From Polyangiales bacterium (lineage in GTDB: Bacteria > Myxococcota_A > Polyangia > Polyangiales > Houyiibacteriaceae), in NCBI GenBank assembly GCA_045106895.1, contig JBGCFM010000046.1:1-64000 (forward strand): a stretch of 64,000 nucleotides of DNA. The letters run 5' to 3'. Shown here in pieces: positions 8,638-17,235 of this stretch. A program made the position numbers and the translations under genes. The notes beneath the pieces are model-generated. The model was not told the origin of the DNA. It saw only the letters and a list, made by a program, of their open reading frames with translations, and ran no database searches. Each line of letters opens with the position of its first letter. Within the stretch, counting starts at the first letter, position 1.

Positions 8638-10206
8638 TCAGCACTGGTCGTCGTGGAAGGTCCAGTCGTGAGTTGCCGGTTCAAGTGTGTCCAGGAACAC
8701 CTGCGCCTGCGTCCGAATCGCTTTCTGCTCTTCGTCGCCAAACTTGTCCCACGTGCGGTAGAGCATTCGCAGGCGAGGGTTTTCTTCGAGGCGCTCTCGG
8801 TGCTGAGCCATGAACCGCCAAAAGAGGCTGTTGAAGGGGCACGCGTCATCGCCGGTGCGCTTCTTGACGTTGTAGCGGCAGTCTTTGCAGTAGTCGCTCA
8901 TCTTGTGGATGTAGCTGCCCGATGCAGCGTAGGGCTTCGTCGTGAATGTGTCGTCGGCGAAGAGCGCCATGCCGTGCACGTTCGGGAGCTGGACCCATTC
9001 GTAGGCGTCGACAAAGGCGGCCCAGAACCAGTGGCTCAGCTCCAGCGGCTCGACGCCGATGAGCAAGGCGAAGTTCCCGAGGACCATCAGTCGCTGGATG
9101 TGATGGGCATAGCCGGTGTCCCGAACTTGGCCCGCGCTCTGCCGGAGACAGCGCATCTCGGTGCTCTCAGGTTCCCAGTAAAGTCTAGGCAGCTTGCGCG
9201 TCGCGTTGAGCAAGTTGGCGCTGCGCATGTCCGGCATGCGGTGCCAATAGACGCCGCGAATGAACTCTCGCCAGCCGAGAATCTGGCGCAGCAGACCTTC
9301 GGCGCTGTTCAGCGGCATGGCGCCATCGCGGTGGGCGCGCACGACGCGCTCGCAGACCTCCAGGGGGCTCAGTAGGGAGAGGTTCATCGCCGCGGCGATG
9401 CGCGTGTGCCAGAGGAAGGGCTCGTCGGTGATCATCGCGTCTTGAAAAGGACCGAAACGCTCCGCGCGTGTCTCGAAGAAGTCCTCAAGCTCCCGCAGCG
9501 CGTCGCCACGGGTCACGGGCCAGTCGAACCCTTCGACATCGCCAAAGAAGCCCTCCCAGCTCGCGACCTCTTTCATGGCCGCGCGCGTGATGGAGTCCGG
9601 CGTGTGTCCTTGGGCCGCGGTGGGCCGTGCGTCGCTGGGAGGTTTTCGGTTGTCGCTGTCGAAGGAGTACTTGCCGCCGGCAGGCTTCCCGTCCTCCATG
9701 AGGTAGCCCGTGCGCTTGCGCATCCAGGCGTAGAAGTGGTGCATGCGGATGATCTTGCGGCCACCCATCCAGTCACTGACCTCTTTGCGCGTCAAAAGAA
9801 AGTGGCTTCCTTCGCCGCCGTCGTCGTGGAACGTGACGGGCACCCTGAAGGTATCGCTGTCTCGAGCGGCGAGGAGGGCTTGCTGCATTCCTTGCTCCCT
9901 CGGCATCATCGCGACGAGCTCGGTGGCGCCCTTTGTTTTGATGTGTTCGGCGATGCCTTCGACGTAGGTGCCCGCACGGACGACGCTGACATCGTACCCC
10001 TCCGCGCGGTGTTCTTCGGCGAAGTGGCGCATGGCCGAGAGCACCAGGACGAGCTTCTTGCGGTGGTACGGAAGGGCGCGGCTCTTCGCGATGGACTCGA
10101 CGAGGACAACGCTGCCGTCCTCCGGCGACGCCGGCACGCAGGCAAGGTCCCGGTTGAGGTCCCAGGGGCCGACGAAGTAGGCGGGCCGTGGCTTTGTGTG
10201 GGGCAT
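8638..10206 (-). CDS. FeS-BCP cryptochrome/(6-4) photolyase (PhrB/CryB-like)
   Basis: YHRKKL...SAMRHFAE, P.GGKYSFD.DNRK, FG.FQDAM, EG..RQILGWREF.RG, HHIQRLM, TKPYAASG.YI..MSDYC..C, and four FeS Cys (MRCL, YCKDC, ACPF). Confidence 0.92.
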   Translation of the reverse strand: MPHTKPRPAYFVGPWDLNRDLACVPASPEDGSVVLVESIAKSRALPYHRKKLVLVLSAMRHFAEEHRAEGYDVSVVRAGTYVEGIAEHIKTKGATELVAMMPREQGMQQALLAARDSDTFRVPVTFHDDGGEGSHFLLTRKEVSDWMGGRKIIRMHHFYAWMRKRTGYLMEDGKPAGGKYSFDSDNRKPPSDARPTAAQGHTPDSITRAAMKEVASWEGFFGDVEGFDWPVTRGDALRELEDFFETRAERFGPFQDAMITDEPFLWHTRIAAAMNLSLLSPLEVCERVVRAHRDGAMPLNSAEGLLRQILGWREFIRGVYWHRMPDMRSANLLNATRKLPRLYWEPESTEMRCLRQSAGQVRDTGYAHHIQRLMVLGNFALLIGVEPLELSHWFWAAFVDAYEWVQLPNVHGMALFADDTFTTKPYAASGSYIHKMSDYCKDCRYNVKKRTGDDACPFNSLFWRFMAQHRERLEENPRLRMLYRTWDKFGDEEQKAIRTQAQVFLDTLEPATHDWTFHDDQC

Positions 10207-10318
10207 TTGAGCGGGTCCTAGGGTTAGTGGATCGCCCAGGCTAGGGCGGCGTCAAGAGCATGGCGCAGCCGAGCTATGGAGAGCTTGCTGTACACTGACC
10301 AGGTGTTGCGGCTGCTCA

Positions 10319-11086
10319 TTGTTGTGCTCTGTTGTGCTCTGTTGTGGCTGCACACCACGGACCGCCGAAGATTGGTCTTCCCGCATCGAGCCGGACTCGC
10401 GTTTTCGCGATGAGCACTACGAAGCCGTCGTGCTCGTTGGCACCGGATGCAGCGGTACGATCGTGTCGCCGCGGCATGTGCTCACCGCCGCTCACTGTCT
10501 TCCGAGGGAGCGAAGCGAAGTGCACAGCGCGGCCCACGCCTATCCGCCGCCGATGCCCGAGGTCCGCGTCGGCGAAGCGCGCATTCCGGTTGTCGGATGC
10601 GACGCTCACCCCGGGGCCTATCCTGGCTTCGAGGCGTGCCGCGGCCGGCCGGACCAGAACGTGGTTCGCGGCCATGACCTCGCCGTGCTCACGCTCGCGC
10701 GCGACGTGGGGCCCGTGATGCAGCTCGCCTTGAGTTCCGAGCCTTTGCTCCCGGATAGCGTCTGCCTTGTCGGGTGGCATCGGCGCCCGAGGCGACGGGG
10801 GGCGCTCCACCGCTACGCTGGAGAGGCTCAGGTTGTTGCCGCGGAGCGGTCCCTGTTGCGCGTCGTGTCGACCTCGGCGGATCAGTCCCGTTCATTCCGT
10901 ACCCATGGCGGCAATTCCGGCGGGCCCGCGCTCGTCCACCACGCGGGCCAACATCACGTCGTGGGCGTGCTCTCCGCGCACTCCTTCAGCCGTGTACGCC
11001 GTTCGTTCTACGCATGGACGCAGGCCTCGGAGAACGCCGCGTGGCTTCTCGAGAGCCTCTCACTGGGGGATTCCGAAAAGGAGTGA
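10319..11086 (+). CDS. Trypsin-like (S1) serine protease, probably a lipoprotein; start affected by a 10-bp duplication
   Basis: CSGT, VLTAAHC, HDLAVL, GNSGGP catalytic motifs. Confidence 0.8.
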   Translation: MLCSVVLCCGCTPRTAEDWSSRIEPDSRFRDEHYEAVVLVGTGCSGTIVSPRHVLTAAHCLPRERSEVHSAAHAYPPPMPEVRVGEARIPVVGCDAHPGAYPGFEACRGRPDQNVVRGHDLAVLTLARDVGPVMQLALSSEPLLPDSVCLVGWHRRPRRRGALHRYAGEAQVVAAERSLLRVVSTSADQSRSFRTHGGNSGGPALVHHAGQHHVVGVLSAHSFSRVRRSFYAWTQASENAAWLLESLSLGDSEKE

Positions 11087-11116
11087 GATTGTTCGTCGAA
11101 GAGACGCAATTCTTTC

Positions 11117-11145
11117 TTGACAGACAAGCCGTCCCGGCACATCTT
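11117..11145 (+). promoter_or_regulatory. sigma70-type promoter of tRNA-Asn
   Basis: TTGACA (11117-11122), 17-nt spacer, CATCTT (11140-11145), then a GC-rich discriminator before the tRNA. Confidence 0.7.
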
Positions 11146-11156
11146 CCGCCCCGTAA

Positions 11157-11232
11157 TCCGGCTTAGCTCAGTTGGTAGAGCGATCGGCTGTTAACCGATT
11201 TGTCGCTGGTTCAAGTCCAGCAGCCGGAGCCA
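11157..11232 (+). tRNA. tRNA-Asn (GTT)
   Basis: 76-nt cloverleaf: acceptor TCCGGCT/AGCCGGA, D-arm TAGCTCAGTTGGTAGAGC, anticodon loop CT-GTT-AA, T-loop GGTTCAAGTCC, encoded CCA. Confidence 0.97.
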
Positions 11233-11262
11233 AAAAGGCCCAGACGTAAGTCTGGGCCTTTT
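11233..11262. terminator. Intrinsic (likely bidirectional) terminator
   Basis: AAAAGGCCCAGAC-GTAA-GTCTGGGCCTTTT perfect hairpin with A and T tails. Confidence 0.9.
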
Positions 11263-11350
11263 CGTTTTCCGTCGTCACCGGCAGAAGCGCTGGATTCTCC
11301 GCTGAGCCGGGTGACGAGCATGGGTCTCGGCGGCGGCTAGCTGGGCGGCG

Positions 11351-12358
11351 CTAGCGTCTCACCGGCCGCAATGTATCTTTTCGTGGCGCATCGGCGCCCC
11401 CCGCCCCGAGTGGCACGCCAACGCTCGGCGGCGCGAGAAGCTCGAGGCCTGGGACGAGCTGTTCGGCGAGCTCGTCGACGATTTGTCTGGACGGACCTTT
11501 GAGCAGCGGCAGCACAAGGGCGCTCGGGAAGCGTTGACGGGCTCGTTGGGTCGAGTCGTCCATCCCAGAACGGTTGAAGATCGTCACGACATCTTTTGTT
11601 TTCTCTCCGAACACGCGTCTCTTCGAGGCCTTGGAACGAATGCTGCGGTTCAAAATCATGGCAGACTCAATGCCGTCGTTGTTCGTCGCCGCGACGACCA
11701 CGTGGTGGGCACCGCTGAGAAGCGCGTCTGCGCGTGCGGCACGTTGCGCCAGCTTGTGTCGCACGCTGAGGATCGAACGAAAGAAGTCGGCTCCTTCGGC
11801 GATGACTTCGGCCGGCATCACGCGGTCGAGCATTCGCTCCACGACTCGTTGCCCTAGCCCACGTGCGGACCCGAACGTGGAGAAGAGGGCGAGAGCGTGT
11901 CCTTGGAAGAGTTGCCGAAGTCGAGCTGGAGCCTCGAGGAACGATGTGGACTGCTCGCACGGCGGGGTGTCGATGACGACAACGTCGTAGGCGCCGGCGA
12001 CCTGTCCAAGGGAGAGCGCACAGGCCGCTTCGTGGAGGCCGGCGGGGGCCGCGTGGAAAAGCTCCGTTACTCGGTTGGCTTCGAACCCTCGGTACCCCTC
12101 GGGGCTCATCTCCGCTTTCGCGATTCGTGTCAGCTCCGTCGATGTGTTTGGCATCCAGAGGGAGAGCGCCTCGACGTTCTTGTGGACCACGATGTCGTCG
12201 CCCAGCGGCTGTTCCACGACGTCCGCCAGTCGGCGAGCTGGATCGACACTGACCAACAGTGTCCGGCGCCCGGAGCGTGCGAGAGCAAGGCTCAGGGCCG
12301 CTGAGCTTGTCGTTTTGCCGACGCCGCCGGCGCCCGAGACCACGATGACTTTGGTCAC
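11351..12358 (-). CDS. ArsA/Get3-related P-loop ATPase (BagB/Rv3680-like subunit)
   Basis: SGAGGVGKTT, DPARRLAD, DTPP; GTG start overlaps the upstream TGA. Confidence 0.85.
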   Translation of the reverse strand: MTKVIVVSGAGGVGKTTSSAALSLALARSGRRTLLVSVDPARRLADVVEQPLGDDIVVHKNVEALSLWMPNTSTELTRIAKAEMSPEGYRGFEANRVTELFHAAPAGLHEAACALSLGQVAGAYDVVVIDTPPCEQSTSFLEAPARLRQLFQGHALALFSTFGSARGLGQRVVERMLDRVMPAEVIAEGADFFRSILSVRHKLAQRAARADALLSGAHHVVVAATNNDGIESAMILNRSIRSKASKRRVFGEKTKDVVTIFNRSGMDDSTQRARQRFPSALVLPLLKGPSRQIVDELAEQLVPGLELLAPPSVGVPLGAGGADAPRKDTLRPVRR

Positions 12359-13053
12359 GCCGCAGCCCCCAACATTCGACCCACGTCGCTGTATGGGATG
12401 CGTGGGAACTCGGGCAGTCTATGGACGATGCCGTCGAAGGGGGCGTGTTCCGGGCCCTTGACCCATCGGTTGATCACGACTCGTGCTTCGATGGCCATCT
12501 CCTTCTTGAGCGCTTCGCACAGCTCCGCGGTCTCCGAGAGGGCGACGGGCGTGGGGATGGATACGGCCCAGACGTCCAGCACTCCCGGGTGAAGAATCTC
12601 CTCTTCGATTCTCGCGATGAAGTCGTGCGCGGAGCCCCGCCGCGTGAGCTTACGGAAGACGCGAATCGAGCGGAACCAAGCGAGGGCGTGGCCAGTCGCC
12701 GGCATATCGATGACGAGGGGATGGCCTTGGGCGTGCAGCTCCCTTACGCGTTCCATGAGCGACACCACGCGGACGGCGTCAGAGAGGCTCAGGAGGTCTT
12801 TGACGCTCTCCCGCCCGAGCAGGGTCCGGGCGAGTCGTCGCGAACCGAGCAGTTTGGTCGCCGCGTTTTCCACAGCGCGCTCCGAACTGAGTACCAGTCG
12901 CTCGGCGTCCGCGAATTCTGGGCCCGAGGCCTTGTCGAACTGAATCAGGCGTGCTCCTGAACGGGACGCTGCGAGGCTCAAGGCGACGGTGGTCTTACCC
13001 ACTCCGCCTTTGCCCGTGACCATCGTGACTCGGTGTCGTTGGATCTGTCTCAT
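12355..13053 (-). CDS. ArsA/Get3-related P-loop ATPase (BagA/Rv3679-like subunit)
   Basis: TGKGGVGKTT, DMPATGHA, P.PVALSET, VINR; start taken at ATG 13053 (MRQIQRHR). Confidence 0.82.
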   Translation of the reverse strand: MRQIQRHRVTMVTGKGGVGKTTVALSLAASRSGARLIQFDKASGPEFADAERLVLSSERAVENAATKLLGSRRLARTLLGRESVKDLLSLSDAVRVVSLMERVRELHAQGHPLVIDMPATGHALAWFRSIRVFRKLTRRGSAHDFIARIEEEILHPGVLDVWAVSIPTPVALSETAELCEALKKEMAIEARVVINRWVKGPEHAPFDGIVHRLPEFPRIPYSDVGRMLGAAA

Positions 13054-13160
13054 GTCTCCAAGACGTGGGTTCAGACGCGGCGCTGGACCAGGGGCAAGCG
13101 CTTCGGCACGTTCACGGAGTTGCACGGCGCCGGCGCTGAGCCACATTCCCCCAAATGCTG

Positions 13161-13904
13161 CTATGGCCAAATCAAGACGAGCGAGTCGACGCCCGTTTTG
13201 CCCAGACGGTCGTTGTATTCGGACCAGACTCGGAGCTCGAGTTCGTTGTCACCGACTACCCAGTCGACGACGCCATCGTCGTCGATGTCCGCCGGGAGCA
13301 AGAGCGTGTAGTCGCTGAAGGTTTTGTCTTCGACGCGGACCGGAGCCCAAGTCCGGTCGATGCCGCCCGACGAGCCACCGGTGCCGTTGATCCACATATA
13401 GGTCGCCATGAGGTCGTAGTCATGCATCGTTCCTGGTGCCGTAATCCGAGCGCGGAAGAGGAGCGTCATCTGCTCTCCCAGTTCGGGGACGCTGCACAGG
13501 CGCACGGTCCAGATCTGCCGCCCAAAGTCGTCACCCGCAACGTCCGAGGTGTCGTCGTCGCTGACCCCCCAGCGTGGCGGCGAACAAGAACCCGCGTCGC
13601 TGCCCGCATCCGGTCCTGCGTCCGATCCTGCGTCCGGTCCTGCGTCCGATCCTGCGTCGATGCGGACGAGGGCGTCGCTCCCTACGTCCGAGCCGGCGTC
13701 CGGGAGCGCCCCGTCGCTCGGCACGTCGGGGCGAAACACGTCCATCGTGTTTGTGTCTCCGCCGGCGTCGACTGCCGCTGGAACGTCGTTCGCGGCGTCT
13801 GACCTTTCGGCGTCCGGCGCCGGGAGCTCATCGATGCCGACAAAGCCGCACGCCGGGAGACCAAGAAGTACGACGTAGAGGCCGGTGAGGAAGGACTTGT
13901 TCAT
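13161..13904 (-). CDS. Hypothetical lipoprotein with DAG-repeat linker
   Basis: Lipobox LPAC; DAGSDAGPDAGSDAGP low-complexity linker (12-bp repeats near 13607-13640). Confidence 0.75.
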   Translation of the reverse strand: MNKSFLTGLYVVLLGLPACGFVGIDELPAPDAERSDAANDVPAAVDAGGDTNTMDVFRPDVPSDGALPDAGSDVGSDALVRIDAGSDAGPDAGSDAGPDAGSDAGSCSPPRWGVSDDDTSDVAGDDFGRQIWTVRLCSVPELGEQMTLLFRARITAPGTMHDYDLMATYMWINGTGGSSGGIDRTWAPVRVEDKTFSDYTLLLPADIDDDGVVDWVVGDNELELRVWSEYNDRLGKTGVDSLVLIWP

Positions 13905-13976
13905 TGACGGGAGCCGACCTGAATCATAGCACTCTCTCCCGGCCGCGGCAGACTCGGGATACGCTAGAGTGATGGG

Positions 13977-14297
13977 ATGGCCGACAAACGCACCCGCACA
14001 CTCCGCTTTTTGATCAGCGCCGCGCTGCTCGCAGGGCCCGCTGGGTGCGCGGACGATCCCTCAGAGATGACACCGAGGACCAACGAGGCCCCCAACGTCG
14101 AAGCCGAAGAAACGCCGCTTCCTGCGACGGCGGACCGGGAAGCGGCTTCGGGGGCCGAACCCGCCGTCATGCAGCCAGCGCCGGTGAACGCCAATCCGGG
14201 CACTGCCGCCGAGCGCGGGCGACCGACACCCAATCTGCCATTCATGCATGAGGACTCACACCGAGAGTCCGTTCGAGAGCTGCTGCGAGAAGAGTAG
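13977..14297 (+). CDS. Small hypothetical lipoprotein
   Basis: Basic N-terminus, hydrophobic core, PAGC lipobox, Pro/Glu-rich body. Confidence 0.6.
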   Translation: MADKRTRTLRFLISAALLAGPAGCADDPSEMTPRTNEAPNVEAEETPLPATADREAASGAEPAVMQPAPVNANPGTAAERGRPTPNLPFMHEDSHRESVRELLREE

Positions 14298-14372
14298 CCA
14301 TCCCGAACCGAGCCAGTTCGAAAGCAACGGAGCTGCCGAGCAACGTCATCCGCGCATATGTCGGTTGGACAT

Positions 14373-14388
14373 TTGCGCAATCATGCAA
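14373..14388. promoter_or_regulatory. Putative ArsR operator (imperfect inverted repeat)
   Basis: TTGCGCAATCATGCAA directly upstream of the ArsR start codon. Confidence 0.45.
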
Positions 14389-14401
14389 TATACGTTCGTC
14401 C

Positions 14402-14719
14402 ATGAAGCACGTGCTCTTGGACGATGTGTTTGATCCGGCGCTCTTTCGCGCGTTCGGGGATCCCACGCGCATTGGTCTTGTCGCGACGTTGATGAGAAGC
14501 GGCGGAGAAGCGAACGTGTCGACCATCGCCGAGGGCGCCCCGGTGGATCTTTCGGTCGTGAGCCGACACCTAAAAGAGCTGGTCAACGTAGGCGTGCTTG
14601 AGGTGGAGCGCCGCGGTCGTGAACGTTGGTACCGACTCCGATACGAGGTCCTCATCACCCACTTCAGCGAACTCGTCCGGCAACTGCATGCGCTTCGCGA
14701 TGGCGATGCTTGTTGCTGA
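14402..14719 (+). CDS. ArsR/SmtB family transcriptional regulator
   Basis: FRAFGDPTR..L, VS.IA...., SVVSRHLKEL...G....ERRGRERWYRL; C-terminal CC. Confidence 0.9.
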   Translation: MKHVLLDDVFDPALFRAFGDPTRIGLVATLMRSGGEANVSTIAEGAPVDLSVVSRHLKELVNVGVLEVERRGRERWYRLRYEVLITHFSELVRQLHALRDGDACC

Positions 14720-14783
14720 GTACGAAAGTGCGCTCATCTCGTTTTTTTTAATCAGACACATGCATATGGACGCAAGTAAGCAA

Positions 14784-15662
14784 ATGAAAAAGCTCAACCA
14801 ATACCTAGTCTTTCCTCTCTCCCTCGCCGCGACGATCGTTGGAGCGACGTGGCTCATGAGCTTCGTTCATGCGTCGATGGTCCCCCTCACCATAACCGTC
14901 GTCGCCTTCGTTGGGGTTCTGGCTCTCGAGCGAGTGATGCCGCGCGTGGCTCGGCCTTCCGAGCAAAAAGAGCTGCGCACGGATCTCACGTTCGTTGGAC
15001 TGACCGCGCTGCTCTCGGACCCCCTCGCCAACGCCCTGGTCGTCGCGTTGGTGATCGGGCTCTCGTCGATCATCCCAGCAGGCCTCGCCGCATCGATGTG
15101 GCTGCCCGCGGCCACCGCCAGCGTCTTAGTCGCCGGCGGGTTCGGTGACTATTGGGCGCATCGCTTGGCCCACGAGACTGGATGGTGGTGGAAACTACAC
15201 GCGGTTCATCACGCACCCCACCGGATGGTGGCGCTCAACAATCTCCGTCTGCATCCCGTGGACTTGATCCTGAAGACGCTCTTCACGTCGGCGCCGGTGC
15301 TGGCCCTTGGTTTTTCCCCGGAGGCGATTGCCCTGGCTGCGTCCGTGCGGGGGCTCAACGTCGCGTTCCAGCACGCGGACATCGACCTTCGACACGGACC
15401 GCTCAACTTACTCTTCTCCACGAACAGCGTTCACCGCTGGCACCACTCCGCCGAGCGCTCGGAAGCGGACGCAAACTACGGAGGAGTCTTGAGCATCTTC
15501 GACCTTCTCTTCGGCACCTTTCGTGTCCCCTCCGAAGAGGAAGAACCCGGCGCGATGGGTCTCTACGATGAACAGCACTACCCCATCCACAAAGTCGCAC
15601 GCTCCCTCGTCGCGCCGCTTTGCTGGAAACGCTGTGTGACCGCGGACCCGGCGCAAGACTGA
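14784..15662 (+). CDS. Sterol desaturase / fatty acid hydroxylase family membrane protein
   Basis: His boxes YWAHRLAH, LHAVHH, FQHAD, HRWHH, ANYG..L..FD.LFGT; start ATG 14784 or 14766. Confidence 0.9.
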   Translation: MKKLNQYLVFPLSLAATIVGATWLMSFVHASMVPLTITVVAFVGVLALERVMPRVARPSEQKELRTDLTFVGLTALLSDPLANALVVALVIGLSSIIPAGLAASMWLPAATASVLVAGGFGDYWAHRLAHETGWWWKLHAVHHAPHRMVALNNLRLHPVDLILKTLFTSAPVLALGFSPEAIALAASVRGLNVAFQHADIDLRHGPLNLLFSTNSVHRWHHSAERSEADANYGGVLSIFDLLFGTFRVPSEEEEPGAMGLYDEQHYPIHKVARSLVAPLCWKRCVTADPAQD

Positions 15663-15818
15663 CGCGCAAATGTCTTCAACCTGGTCGACCCGTGGGGCAA
15701 CCAATACGAACTAAACCGCTACGACTACGAGCGCATCAAGAAGGAGCTCATCGCGGCGGACGATGTCGATGCGACCCGCTATTGGCCGCCTTCACTCTAC
15801 GAGAGCTTCGGTCGCTGA
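15663..15818 (+). pseudogene. Start-less C-terminal remnant of a VOC/glyoxalase-family gene
   Basis: Manual translation RANVFNLVDPWGNQYELNRYDYERIKKELIAADDVDATRYWPPSLYESFGR*; contains the VOC 'DP.GN..EL' motif and no start codon. Confidence 0.55.
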
Positions 15819-15822
15819 GCCT

Positions 15823-16281
15823 TCAGAACGGCCGCTTCGTGACGTAGGCCAGGAGTTCGATGACCTGGTCCACGTTCCGAGTCGTCGCCAACGCCGCGGC
15901 GTCGACTTCTTTGAGCGCGTGGTCAAGGGCGTCGTCGTGGAGCGTGATGAGTGACTTGCCGAGGGCGACGGCGGTGCCTGCGTCGAAGGCGGCGTTCCAC
16001 TGGCGGTACTTGTCGCCGAAGCGCACCACGACGATGTCGCAGTTTCCGAGGACCGCGCGGTTGCGGATGGCGTTGATCTTCGCGGCTTTGTGGTCGCGCC
16101 AAAATGCGGATTCTTCTTTGCCGAGAATGGCTTCGCCGCAACCGTCGCTCGTCGGGTGATCCGTTTCGGGGCCCATCAGACGAACGGGGATGGCTTTGTT
16201 TTCCACACCCGCGGCGATTTCCGCACGCCAGTCGGAGTGGATTTCGCCGGAGAGGTACACATTCCAGAGTCGCTTTTCCAT
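15823..16281 (-). CDS. YtoQ family protein (nucleoside 2-deoxyribosyltransferase-like)
   Basis: VYLSGEIHSDWR, H..SD.CG..ILG, W.DHK.AKINAIR, VVVRFGDKYRQWNAAFDAG, HALKEVDAAA. Confidence 0.92.
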   Translation of the reverse strand: MEKRLWNVYLSGEIHSDWRAEIAAGVENKAIPVRLMGPETDHPTSDGCGEAILGKEESAFWRDHKAAKINAIRNRAVLGNCDIVVVRFGDKYRQWNAAFDAGTAVALGKSLITLHDDALDHALKEVDAAALATTRNVDQVIELLAYVTKRPF

Positions 16282-16359
16282 CCGGCACATGTCCCTCGCT
16301 TTGGACGGTGACGCAAGGTGCGTAGCGACGAGTGGGCGAAGGCGGTAGCGTCGCTGTGT

Positions 16360-17235
16360 ATGAACACCGAGAGCAAGACCGCCATCGTGACCGGGGCCAA
16401 CGCCGGCATCGGCTACGCGTCTGCGTTGCAACTTGCGGAACGCGGTCTCACGGTCGTGATGGCTTGCCGGAACCAAGCGCGGGGGGAGCACGCGCGGGCG
16501 AAAATCGTGGAGGCGACGAGCAACCCACGCGTGCATCTGCTCTCCTTGGACACCTCCTCGATGTCTTCCGTTCGCGCCTTCGCCGCGGACTTTTCGGCGC
16601 GCTTTCAGCGCCTTGATGTACTCATCAACAACGCCGGGAACTTTGACCTGAGTCAGAAGACACCGAAGCTGACGAGTGAGGGCTTCGAGGCCATCTGGGC
16701 CACGAACTACCTGGGTCCGTGGCTGCTCACACGGCTGCTCCTCCCGCTTCTTCAGCAGAGCGCCCCGTCGCGCGTCATCAACGTCGGCTCCAAGGGGCTC
16801 TTGGTCTACCCGTTTCTTCGCATCGAGTTCGACAATCTCGATGGGTCGAAAAGGTACAGCCCGCAGCGCGCCTACTATCACTCCAAGCTCGCTCTCCTCA
16901 CGTACACCTTGGACCTGGCGCGGCGTCTGGAAGGAACGGGCGTGCTCGCGAATCTGGTGCGGGTTCCCGCGGTTCAGGTGGCCCTCGACCGACTGCCACC
17001 GATGCCGGCTTGGAAGCTGAGTGTCTACAAGATGAAGCGTCGCCGCTCCCTGGCGCCGGAGGCGATGGCGAGCGCCTACACCGCCCTCGCGTTGGACAGC
17101 GCATGGGACAGCGCCACCGGCCATGTTGTCGATGAGAACGTCAGAAGTGTCGGCAGCTCCAAGTGCTCACGAGACGCAGATACCGCCGCAGAGCTTTGGC
17201 GAGTAAGCGCAGAGTCCCTGGGGGAGGGCGCCTAA
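16360..17235 (+). CDS. SDR family oxidoreductase
   Basis: TGANAGIG, LDVLINNAG, NYLGP.LLT, YYHSKLA. Confidence 0.9.
   Translation: MNTESKTAIVTGANAGIGYASALQLAERGLTVVMACRNQARGEHARAKIVEATSNPRVHLLSLDTSSMSSVRAFAADFSARFQRLDVLINNAGNFDLSQKTPKLTSEGFEAIWATNYLGPWLLTRLLLPLLQQSAPSRVINVGSKGLLVYPFLRIEFDNLDGSKRYSPQRAYYHSKLALLTYTLDLARRLEGTGVLANLVRVPAVQVALDRLPPMPAWKLSVYKMKRRRSLAPEAMASAYTALALDSAWDSATGHVVDENVRSVGSSKCSRDADTAAELWRVSAESLGEGA

Noticed and set aside
11157..11350. tRNA-Asn as an integration site for a genomic island
   Set aside because: No integrase nearby and no duplicate of the tRNA 3' end was noticed in the window; the tRNA is followed directly by its terminator.
13600..13645. Short tandem repeats (also 27515-27556, ~39515-39550, ~55518-55553) as contingency loci
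   Set aside because: Unit lengths are multiples of 3 and encode low-complexity linkers (DAGS/DAGP, EEPEISA, DSGSSD), so they do not switch frame.
16282..17124. N-terminal extension of the YtoQ ORF (433 aa)
   Set aside because: It is antisense to the SDR at 16360-17235; YtoQ homology starts at MEKRLW (16281).
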